Assembly (NCBI GenBank): GCA_045123255.1
Contig: JBGVIN010000023.1
Coordinates: forward strand, 7,247-71,246
Source: Eubacteriales bacterium
GTDB taxonomy: Bacteria; Bacillota; Clostridia; Oscillospirales; CAG-272
Length of the DNA: 64,000 nucleotides
Reading direction: 5' to 3'
Below the pieces are notes generated by a model. That model had not been told where the DNA came from. It saw only the letters and a list, made by a program, of their open reading frames with translations, and made no database searches. Shown one piece after another: positions 56,186-64,000 of this stretch (its first letter is position 1; every line of letters starts with the position of its first letter). The position numbers were made by a program, and so were the translations under genes.

Positions 56186-59100
56186 ATGGCAAAAAGAACA
56201 GACATCAAAAGAGTTATGATTATCGGCTCAGGTCCAATTATTATCGGACAAGCCGCAGAATTTGACTATGCGGGCACACAGGCGTGTCTTGCGCTCAAGG
56301 AGGAGGGCTACGAGGTTATTCTCGTTAACTCTAACCCTGCAACAATTATGACTGACACTACTATCGCGGACAAGGTGTATATGGAGCCGCTTACTCTTGA
56401 ATACGTTGCAAAAATCATTCGCCACGAGCGTCCCGATGCAATTGTACCGGGCATTGGCGGTCAAACAGGTCTTAACCTCGCTATGCAGCTTGAAAAGAAG
56501 GGTATATTAAAGGAAAACGGAGTTGAGCTTCTCGGCACGTCCTCAAAGAGCATTGAAAGAGCAGAGGACAGAGAGCTTTTCAAGGAGCTTTGCCAGGAAA
56601 TCGGCGAGCCTGTTATTCCTTCCGAGATTGCAAACAATATGGATGAGGCTATGGCGGCTATTGAAAAAATCGGCTTCCCCGTTGTTTTGCGTCCTGCATT
56701 TACTCTTGGCGGCACAGGCGGCGGCTTTGCTTACAATATGGAGGAATACAAGCTTTTGGCAGAGGGCGCGCTCGTTGCTTCACCCGTTCACCAGGTGCTT
56801 GTTGAAAAGAGCGTAAAGGGCTACAAGGAAATCGAGTTTGAGGTTATGCGTGACGGCGAGGACAACGCAATTACAATTTGCGGTATGGAAAACATTGACC
56901 CCGTTGGCGTTCACACAGGTGACTCACTCGTTGTTGCTCCTATCTTGACCCTTAATGAGCACGACCACAAGATGCTTAACGATAGCGCGATCAAGCTTAT
57001 CAAGGCACTTAAAATTTCGGGCGGCTGTAACGTTCAGTTCGCACTCAATCCCGAAACGAGCGAATATTATCTTATCGAGGTTAACCCACGCGTTAGCCGT
57101 TCCTCAGCTCTTGCTTCAAAGGCAAGCGGATATCCTATCGCAAGAGTAACTGCTAAGGTTGCGCTCGGTATGACACTTGACGAGATTGAGGTTGCAGGCA
57201 CAAAGGCTTCACACGAGCCAAGCCTTGACTATATCGTTGCAAAATTCCCACGCTTCCCATTTGATAAATTTACAACCGTTCCAAACAAGCTTGGCACTCA
57301 AATGAAGGCAACGGGCGAATGTATGGGCATTGGCTCAAACCTTGAAGAATGTCTTTTGAAGAGTGCAAGAAGCCTCGAAATCGGCGTTTGCCACCTTCAT
57401 ATGGCTAAGTTTGACGAAAAGTCAACCGATGAAATCGTTGAATACATAAACGAGTTCCACGACGATAACGCGTTTGCCGTTTGCGAGCTTCTTCGCCGCG
57501 GTATGACAACTGCTGAGCTTCACGAGATTACAAAAATCACGGAATATTTCCTAAAATCCTTTGAAAAAATCGTTAAGATGGAAAAGAAGCTTTCCGAAAA
57601 CGTAAAGAATGCAGAAGCTGTAAAGGCGGCTAAGGAAATGGGCTTTAGCGATAAATATATTGCAAAGCTTTGGGGCACCTCTGAAAAGGAGGTTTACTCG
57701 TTCCGCCACGAAAACGGAATTATCCCTAACTTCAGAATGGTTGATACCGCCCACGTTGGCGCATATACACCTTATTTCTATTCATCGTATGAAGGACAAA
57801 ATCAGTCCGTACTCACAGACAGAAAGAAAATTATCGTTCTCGGTGCAGGCCCTATCCGTATCGGTCAGGGTGTTGAGTTTGACTACTCAACCGTACACGC
57901 GGTAACGACAATTAAAAAGTGTGGCTACGAGGCTATTATTATAAACAACAACCCCGAAACCGTTTCAACCGACTACACAACCTCAGACAAGCTCTACTTT
58001 GAGCCGCTTACCGTTGAGGACGTTATGGAGGTTATCGAATTTGAAAAGCCTGACGGCGTTATTGCATCTCTTGGCGGACAAACCGCAATTAACTTAGCCG
58101 CTCCGCTTTACGAGCGCGGCGTTAAGCTTATCGGTACTGACTGTCAAGCAATCGACCGCGCGGAAAACCGCGATACGTTTGAAAAAATCCTTGAGGAGCT
58201 TAATATTCCTCAGCCAAAGGGTCAAGCGGTTACTAACATCGAGGACGGCGTGCGCGTTGCAAAGGAGGTTGGATACCCTGTTCTCGTTCGTCCATCCTTC
58301 GTGCTTGGCGGCCGTGCAATGCAGCTCGTATATAACGAGGAGCAATTAAGACATTATTTAAGAACTGCCGTTGAAATCGACGAGGACAAGCCTGTATTGG
58401 TTGACCACTACATAAGAGGTAAAGAGGTAGAGGTTGATGCAATTTGCGACGGACGTGACGTTTTCGTTGCGGGCATTATGGAGCTTGTAGAAAGAACAGG
58501 CGTTCACTCAGGCGACTCTATAAGCGTTTACCCATCATTCTCGATTTCAGATAAGGTCAAGGGCAAAATTTTAACCTATTCAAAGAAGCTCGGTCTTGGT
58601 ATCGGCATTATTGGTTTATTTAACATTCAGTTTATCGTTGACTCAAACGATGACGTTTATATCATTGAGGTTAACCCACGCTCATCAAGAACAGTTCCGT
58701 TCCTTTCAAAATCAACGGGCTACTCCCTTGCGGACATCGCAACAGAGGTTATCCTCGGCAAGAGCCTCAAGGAGCTTGGCATTTTCGACCTTTACCCACA
58801 GGAAAAGAAGCGCTGGTACTGCAAGGTGCCTGTGTTCTCATACAAGAAAATCAGCGGTGTTGACGCATACCTTTCACCTGAAATGAAGTCAACGGGTGAG
58901 GCAATAGGCTACGATGACTCCTTGAACCGCGCATTCTATAAGGCACTTCAGGCATCGGGCATGCAGGTTCAAAACTACGGCACAGTGCTTGTTACGGTTG
59001 CGGACAGCGACAAGGAGGAGGCACTTCCGTTAATTCGCCGCTTCTATAACCTCGGCTTCAATATTGAAGCAACTGAGGGCACAGCTAAGTACTTCAAGGA

Positions 59101-59359
59101 AAACGGCATAAGAACGAGAGTTAAGCGCAAAATCGGCGACGGATCGAGCGATATTCCCGAAACTATGCGTCAGGGCCATATTGCGTACGTAATAAACACA
59201 TCCGACCTCGACACCGACCAAGGTAAGAAGGACGGATATCAGATTAGACATTTGGCGATTGAAAACAATATCTCGCTCTTCACCTCACTTGATACGGTAA
59301 GAATTTTGCTTGACGTTTTAGAGGAAATCACAATTACAATTTCAACTATTGATGCTTAA
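56186..59359 (+). CDS. carB: Carbamoyl-phosphate synthase large subunit
   Basis: 1057 aa with duplicated ATP-grasp halves (IIGSGPIIIGQAAEFDYAGTQA and VLGAGPIRIGQGVEFDYSTVHA) and a C-terminal MGS-like domain. Confidence 0.97.
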   Translation: MAKRTDIKRVMIIGSGPIIIGQAAEFDYAGTQACLALKEEGYEVILVNSNPATIMTDTTIADKVYMEPLTLEYVAKIIRHERPDAIVPGIGGQTGLNLAMQLEKKGILKENGVELLGTSSKSIERAEDRELFKELCQEIGEPVIPSEIANNMDEAMAAIEKIGFPVVLRPAFTLGGTGGGFAYNMEEYKLLAEGALVASPVHQVLVEKSVKGYKEIEFEVMRDGEDNAITICGMENIDPVGVHTGDSLVVAPILTLNEHDHKMLNDSAIKLIKALKISGGCNVQFALNPETSEYYLIEVNPRVSRSSALASKASGYPIARVTAKVALGMTLDEIEVAGTKASHEPSLDYIVAKFPRFPFDKFTTVPNKLGTQMKATGECMGIGSNLEECLLKSARSLEIGVCHLHMAKFDEKSTDEIVEYINEFHDDNAFAVCELLRRGMTTAELHEITKITEYFLKSFEKIVKMEKKLSENVKNAEAVKAAKEMGFSDKYIAKLWGTSEKEVYSFRHENGIIPNFRMVDTAHVGAYTPYFYSSYEGQNQSVLTDRKKIIVLGAGPIRIGQGVEFDYSTVHAVTTIKKCGYEAIIINNNPETVSTDYTTSDKLYFEPLTVEDVMEVIEFEKPDGVIASLGGQTAINLAAPLYERGVKLIGTDCQAIDRAENRDTFEKILEELNIPQPKGQAVTNIEDGVRVAKEVGYPVLVRPSFVLGGRAMQLVYNEEQLRHYLRTAVEIDEDKPVLVDHYIRGKEVEVDAICDGRDVFVAGIMELVERTGVHSGDSISVYPSFSISDKVKGKILTYSKKLGLGIGIIGLFNIQFIVDSNDDVYIIEVNPRSSRTVPFLSKSTGYSLADIATEVILGKSLKELGIFDLYPQEKKRWYCKVPVFSYKKISGVDAYLSPEMKSTGEAIGYDDSLNRAFYKALQASGMQVQNYGTVLVTVADSDKEEALPLIRRFYNLGFNIEATEGTAKYFKENGIRTRVKRKIGDGSSDIPETMRQGHIAYVINTSDLDTDQGKKDGYQIRHLAIENNISLFTSLDTVRILLDVLEEITITISTIDA

Positions 59360-59543
59360 TGACGCAAACGCGTCAATGAAATGAATCCCCAAGGATTCTT
59401 GAAATGACCTTTCGGTCATGAAATGATTGCTGTGCAATCGTGAAATGCTCTTTTGAGCATAGGATTCATTTTATTTCATGATATTGTAAATATCATTTCA
59501 AGACAAGCTTGCTTGTCATTTCAAGTGCGAAAGCACATTTCAT
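59360..59543. repeat. Hairpin/linker array E (8 G...C hairpins; ATGAAAT-type x4, centre, ATTTCAT/ATTTCAA x4)
   Basis: It starts 1 nt after the carB stop. See the findings for the unit list. Further hairpins (ttttgccAAggcaaaa, gcttgcTTGgcaagc) extend to 59614. Confidence 0.85.
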
Positions 59544-59633
59544 CATATCATCACTTTTGCTTTGCAAAACCAAAGCTTTTGCCAAGGCAAAATCATAACG
59601 CTTGCTTGGCAAGCTTATAGTTAAAGGATTTAT

Positions 59634-60362
59634 ATGAAGGACGTATTATTTACAATAATAAAGAACGAAAAAATCGCAAAAAACACCTACGAAACGGTGC
59701 TTTCGGGCGACACAGAGGGAATACGCGCAGGCGCTTTTGTAAACCTAAAGCTTGACGGCTTTTTCCTGCGCCGTCCTATCTCGGTTTGCGAGGTTGAGGG
59801 CGACAAATTGACCCTTATTTACAAGGTTGTCGGCAAGGGCACGGAAAAGATGTCAGAAATGGGCGCGGGCGAAAAGATATGGACGCTCACAGGCCTTGGC
59901 AACGGCTACGACACCTCAAAGAGTGGTGAAAATCCGCTTCTTGTCGGCGGTGGCGCGGGAGTGCCGCCTATGTACGAGCTTTGCAAGCAGCTAATAAAAG
60001 AGGGCAAGCACCCAAGCGTTATCCTCGGCTTCGGCTCAAAGGACGAGGTTTTTTACGAGGACAAGTTTAAGGCTCTTGGCGCTGACACGTACGTTACAAC
60101 CGTTGACGGCTCGTACGGAATACGCGGCTTCGTCACCGATGCGTTTGATGCGGTTCATTATACCTACGTTTATACCTGCGGCCCTGAGCCAATGTTAAAG
60201 GCGGTATATAATAAGAGCGCAACAAGCGGTCAATTTAGCTTTGAGGAGCGAATGGGCTGTGGCTTCGGCGCTTGTATGGGCTGCTCGTGCAAGACGAAAT
60301 ACGGAAATAAGAGAATTTGCAAGGACGGCCCCGTGCTTGAAAAGGAGGAAATCATATGGTAA
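59634..60362 (+). CDS. pyrK: Dihydroorotate dehydrogenase B electron-transfer subunit
   Basis: An FAD/NAD-binding fold with RRPISV, and the C-terminal 2Fe-2S cluster CGFGACMGCSC. Confidence 0.9.
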   Translation: MKDVLFTIIKNEKIAKNTYETVLSGDTEGIRAGAFVNLKLDGFFLRRPISVCEVEGDKLTLIYKVVGKGTEKMSEMGAGEKIWTLTGLGNGYDTSKSGENPLLVGGGAGVPPMYELCKQLIKEGKHPSVILGFGSKDEVFYEDKFKALGADTYVTTVDGSYGIRGFVTDAFDAVHYTYVYTCGPEPMLKAVYNKSATSGQFSFEERMGCGFGACMGCSCKTKYGNKRICKDGPVLEKEEIIW

Positions 60363-61267
60363 GCTTGAAAACAGAGCTTTGCGGCATAGAGCTTGATAAC
60401 CCCTTAATTCCTGCAAGCGGTACGTTTGGCTTCGGCTACGAATTTGCGGAAATTTACGATATAAACTGTCTTGGCTCGTTCTCGTTTAAGGGAACGACGA
60501 AGGACGCGCGCTTCGGCAACCCAACCCCGAGAATTGCCGAGTGTGAAAACGCTATGATAAATTCCGTGGGACTTCAAAATCCGGGCGTTGAAAACGTAAT
60601 TAAAAACGAGCTTCCAAAGCTAAGAAAATGCTTTCATAAGCCTGTTATGGCAAACGTTAGCGGCTTTTCGGTTGAGGAATACGTTCATACGGTTGAAATG
60701 CTTGACAAGGAGGAGGGCATTGGCTGGTTCGAGGTTAATATCAGCTGTCCGAACGTTCACGGAGGAGGCATGTCCTTTGGCACGTCCCCCGAGGCGGCGG
60801 CAGAGGTAACGCGCGCTTGCCGTGCGGTTACAAAAAAGCCGCTTATAATTAAGCTTTCACCGAACGTAACGGATATTGTCGCAATAGCGAAGGCGTGCGA
60901 GGAGGCAGGGGCTGACGGCATAAGCCTTATAAACACGCTTCTCGGTATGAAAATAGACCTAAAGACAAAAAAGCCTGTAATTGCAAACAAAATGGGCGGC
61001 TTTTCAGGCCCTGCAATTAAGCCTGTGGCAATAAGAATGGTTTATCAGGTTTACGAGGCAGTTAAAATTCCTATTGTTGGCGGCGGCGGCGTTGCAAGCG
61101 CCGAGGACGTAATTGAAATGATGCTCGCAGGAGCGAGTGCGGTTGAAATAGGCGCGCAAAACTTGGTTGACCCAATGGCTTGTCCAAAGATTATTGCAGA
61201 CTTGCCGCGCGTTATGGAAAAATACGGTATAAAAAATCTTAAGGATATAATAGGAGGTGCCCACTAA
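60356..61267 (+). CDS. pyrD: Dihydroorotate dehydrogenase B catalytic subunit
   Basis: NPLIPASGTFGFG, NISCPNV and GGFSGPAIKPVA motifs. It overlaps the pyrK end. Confidence 0.93.
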   Translation: MVSLKTELCGIELDNPLIPASGTFGFGYEFAEIYDINCLGSFSFKGTTKDARFGNPTPRIAECENAMINSVGLQNPGVENVIKNELPKLRKCFHKPVMANVSGFSVEEYVHTVEMLDKEEGIGWFEVNISCPNVHGGGMSFGTSPEAAAEVTRACRAVTKKPLIIKLSPNVTDIVAIAKACEEAGADGISLINTLLGMKIDLKTKKPVIANKMGGFSGPAIKPVAIRMVYQVYEAVKIPIVGGGGVASAEDVIEMMLAGASAVEIGAQNLVDPMACPKIIADLPRVMEKYGIKNLKDIIGGAH

Positions 61268-61965
61268 TGGGAAAGGACGTAATTGTAGCTTGTGACTTTG
61301 CAAGCAAGGAAGAGGTTTTTGCATTTCTTGACAAATTTGAAAATGAAAAGCCATTCGTTAAGATTGGTATGGAGCTTTTTAATGCGGAAGGACCCGATAT
61401 CGTACGCGAAATTAAGAAAAGAGGTCACAAAATATTCCTCGACTTGAAGCTTCACGATATTCCAAACACGGTTAAAAAGGCAATGGCTGTGCTTTCACGC
61501 CTTGACGTAGATATGACAAACGTACACGCAAGCGGCACTATTGCAATGATGGAGGCGGCGCTTGAGGGTCTTACACGTGAGGACGGCACCTGCCCACTTT
61601 TAATAGCTGTTACTCAGCTTACCTCAACGAGTGAGGAAAGAATGAAAAATGACCTACTTATCAACGAGCCAATGGACAAGGTTGTTATGCACTATGCATC
61701 TAACGCAAAGAAAGCAGGCCTTGCAGGTATCGTTTGCTCACCGCTTGAGGCAGAAAAGGTACACGAGGTGTGCGGCAAGGACTTTGTAACCGTAACTCCG
61801 GGTGTGCGCTTTGCAGACGGTGACAAGGGCGACCAGGTTAGAGTTATGACACCGCAAGAGGCAAAGAAGATAGGCTCAGACTATATCGTAGTTGGCAGAC
61901 CTATTACGGCAGCGGCAGACCCTGTGGCGGCGTACCGTAGATGCGTAAACGAGTTTGTGGACTAA
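61267..61965 (+). CDS. pyrF: Orotidine 5'-phosphate decarboxylase
   Basis: VACDF..., KIGMELF, FLDLKLHDIPNTV and IVVGRPIT motifs. Confidence 0.92.
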   Translation: MGKDVIVACDFASKEEVFAFLDKFENEKPFVKIGMELFNAEGPDIVREIKKRGHKIFLDLKLHDIPNTVKKAMAVLSRLDVDMTNVHASGTIAMMEAALEGLTREDGTCPLLIAVTQLTSTSEERMKNDLLINEPMDKVVMHYASNAKKAGLAGIVCSPLEAEKVHEVCGKDFVTVTPGVRFADGDKGDQVRVMTPQEAKKIGSDYIVVGRPITAAADPVAAYRRCVNEFVD

Positions 61966-61976
61966 GCCACCAACTC

Positions 61977-62061
61977 GAATTAAATCTTGCTTCGCAAGAA
62001 TAAATCCCTTTGGGATGAAATCACATTGTGATGAAATCCACGCAAGCGTGGGTTGAAAAAT
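61977..62061 (+). repeat. Hairpin/linker element F (after pyrF)
   Basis: GAATTAAAT-cttgcTTCgcaag-AATAAAT-cccTTTggg-ATGAAAT-cacATTgtg-ATGAAAT-ccacgCAAGcgtgg-GTTGAAAAAT. Confidence 0.85.
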
Positions 62062-62125
62062 AGACAAACAAGGGCAATAAGCCCTCCCCTTTGTTTGGAG
62101 GAGAAGCCTTGAAAAGGAGTTAAAA

Positions 62126-62776
62126 ATGGAACAATACAAGAGAGAATTTATACAGTTTTTACAAAACGCAGGCGTTTTGAAGTTCGGTGATTTCACCGCG
62201 AAGAGTGGCAGAAAAATCCCGTATTTTATCAACGCAGGCGAGATTAAAACAGGCGAAAACATCGCAAAATTGGGCGAATTTTACGCAAAAGCGTACTTCG
62301 ACAAATTAGGAAAGAAGGAAGCTGCACTTTACGGCCCTGCATACAAGGGAATTTCAATTGCGGTTGCAACGTCGGTTGCTCTTGCAAGGGAAGGCTTAAA
62401 TCTTCCGTTCTTCTTTAACCGCAAGGAGGTTAAGGACCACGGAGAGGGCGGCGTTTTCGTTGGCTATAAGCCAAAGGCAGGCGAGGAGGTAGTTATCGTT
62501 GAGGACGTAATTACCGCAGGCACTGCAATTCGCGAAACGATGGAAATTATGAAGAGCGTTGACGGCATAAAGGTTGCCGCTTGCTTCGTTATGGTTGACC
62601 GCAAGGAAAAGGGTCAGGGCGAAAAGGGCGCAATGGTTGAAATTGAGGAGGAGTTTGGCTTCCCTGTATACTCCGTTGTTGACGTTTACGATATTATCGA
62701 GTACCTCGAAGAGGACGAAGCGAACAGAGAAAACGTTGAAAGAATAAAGAAGTACCGCGAGGTTTACGGAGCGTAA
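62126..62776 (+). CDS. pyrE: Orotate phosphoribosyltransferase
   Basis: FGDFTAKSGRKIPYFIN and the PRPP-binding segment VVIVEDVITAGTA. Confidence 0.92.
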   Translation: MEQYKREFIQFLQNAGVLKFGDFTAKSGRKIPYFINAGEIKTGENIAKLGEFYAKAYFDKLGKKEAALYGPAYKGISIAVATSVALAREGLNLPFFFNRKEVKDHGEGGVFVGYKPKAGEEVVIVEDVITAGTAIRETMEIMKSVDGIKVAACFVMVDRKEKGQGEKGAMVEIEEEFGFPVYSVVDVYDIIEYLEEDEANRENVERIKKYREVYGA

Positions 62777-62880
62777 GCATAAGCGAGCTTATGCAATTAA
62801 ATCCAAGCAAGGCTTGGAATAAATCCCTGCGGGATGAAATCGCAAAACGATGAAATCCGCGCAACCGCGGACTGAATAAT
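62777..62880 (+). repeat. Hairpin/linker element G (after pyrE), paralog of F
   Basis: gcataagcGAgcttatgc-AATTAAAT-ccaagcAAggcttgg-AATAAAT-cccTGCggg-ATGAAAT-cgCAAAAcg-ATGAAAT-ccgcgCAACcgcgg-ACTGAATAAT. Confidence 0.85.
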
Positions 62881-63122
62881 TCCACCGTCAGAAAAGCGTA
62901 CAGTTGGGCTTTAGATGGCGAGGGAAAAAGTGCGAGTGACATCTCGTCGGCGTACTATCGTACGGTAGGGATGTCAGTCGCGATTAGAAAAGCAAAGGAG
63001 ATTTTGTTAAAAATCTCTACCTTAAAAGGTTCGATGGCGTCTTGACGGTTAAAAATATGAGCATAAAATTGCTTTTCGGTTTCACCGTCATATAAAGTCC
63101 GAATAAAAAAGGAGAAATTCGA

Positions 63123-64000
63123 ATGAGAAGTCTAATAGATATTAAAGAGCTTAGCGTTGAGGAAATCGACGCGCTTATAGAAAAGGCTCTTGATATAATT
63201 GAAAATCCGACGAAATATAGCGAAAAGTGCAGAGGAAAGAAGCTTGCAACGCTTTTCTTTGAGCCATCGACAAGAACGCGCCTTAGCTTTGAGGCGGCAA
63301 TGTACGAGCTTGGCGGCAACGTGCTTGGCTTTTCATCTGCTGACAGCTCGTCAAGTGCAAAGGGCGAGAGCGTTAGCGACACCGCTAAAATGATTTCCTG
63401 CTACGCAGATATAATTGCTATGCGTCACCCAAAGGAGGGTGCGCCGCTTGTTGCGGCTATGAACGCATCAATCCCTGTTATCAACGCAGGTGACGGCGGA
63501 CACAATCACCCAACGCAAACGCTTACTGACTTGCTCACCATAAAGCGCAAGAAGGGCAGATTTACAAATTTAACCGTCGGTCTTTGCGGCGACCTTAAAT
63601 TTGGCAGAACCGTTCACTCACTTATTAACGCGTTAAACCGTTACGAGGGAATTAAGTTCGTGCTTATCTCCCCCGAGGAATTAAAGGTGCCGAGCTACGT
63701 AAAGAATGAAATTACAAAATCAGGCAGAGAATACATCGAAACCAAGGACTTAGTAGGTGCTTTGCCCGAGCTTGACATTCTTTATATGACCAGAGTACAA
63801 AAGGAGCGCTTCTTTAACGAGGAGGACTACCTGCGCTTAAAGGACAGCTACATTCTCGACCCTGAAAAGCTCACTTATGCAAAAGAGGACCTTTCAATTA
63901 TGCACCCACTTCCACGCGTAAATGAGATAAGCGTAAAGGTTGACTCCGACCCACGCGCACACTATTTTGACCAGGCGTTAAACGGCAAATACGTGCGTAT
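63123..64000 (+). CDS. pyrB: Aspartate carbamoyltransferase catalytic subunit (3' end outside window)
   Basis: Not in the ORF track because no stop lies within the window. My own translation from the ATG at 63123 (AAAGGAGAA upstream) gives [22 protein letters not shown]...[14 protein letters not shown]...HPTQ...HPLPRV. Confidence 0.9.
   Translation, partial: MRSLIDIKELSVEEIDALIEKALDIIENPTKYSEKCRGKKLATLFFEPSTRTRLSFEAAMYELGGNVLGFSSADSSSSAKGESVSDTAKMISCYADIIAMRHPKEGAPLVAAMNASIPVINAGDGGHNHPTQTLTDLLTIKRKKGRFTNLTVGLCGDLKFGRTVHSLINALNRYEGIKFVLISPEELKVPSYVKNEITKSGREYIETKDLVGALPELDILYMTRVQKERFFNEEDYLRLKDSYILDPEKLTYAKEDLSIMHPLPRVNEISVKVDSDPRAHYFDQALNGKYVR

Noticed and set aside
62881-63122. PyrR-type attenuator or other riboswitch in the long pyrE-pyrB spacer.
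   Set aside because: I could not find the conserved PyrR binding-loop sequence or a convincing terminator/antiterminator pair by eye. A hairpin at about 62996-63023 (ggagatttt-gtta-aaaatctc) lacks a T-run. Left unassigned pending cmsearch.

Overview
This is a low-GC, Firmicutes/Clostridia-like chromosomal segment that spans the replication origin. Core genes are dnaA-dnaN-recF-DUF370(remB-like)-gyrB-gyrA, recA-recX-rimO-pgsA, glmM, prmC-ruvX-DUF1385, typA, rlmH-mnmG, perR plus reverse rubrerythrin, mgsA and one tRNA-Thr(GGU). TTTTCCACA-type DnaA boxes lie on both sides of dnaA, and the dnaA-dnaN spacer holds a box/GC/DnaA-trio/AT-rich unwinding module. A pyrimidine operon runs pyrC-carB-pyrK-pyrD-pyrF-pyrE-pyrB; pyrB runs off the window, and no carA or pyrR is seen. 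Accessory content includes CAZyme-like genes without signal peptides (beta-helix protein, six-hairpin GH, GH5, GH109-like oxidoreductase, CE4, GH28-like). It also includes three large secreted lipoproteins (an M6-type metalloprotease and two Listeria-Bacteroides-repeat/discoidin/CE4 proteins), two paralogous XRE-plus-small-helical-protein modules, an SdpI-like protein, a class III Fic and a DUF559 gene bracketed by 45-nt inverted repeats. I found no integrase, transposase, CRISPR array, rRNA or recognisable defence operon. The most unusual signal is non-coding. At least eight intergenic or intercistronic arrays (about 50 units) consist of short hairpins of variable sequence, closed by G-C pairs in most arrays. 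The hairpins are separated by conserved, array-specific 7-8 nt AU-rich linkers: ATGAAAT/ATGAATT and their reverse complements, ACTTAAT, or ATATCAC. Several arrays start at or inside a stop codon, three are mirror-symmetric, and two paralogous copies show compensatory stem changes. Other oddities are three decayed copies of the rubrerythrin 3' end plus terminator, a radical SAM gene without a canonical start codon, and a GC-rich structured-looking non-coding island downstream of mnmG.
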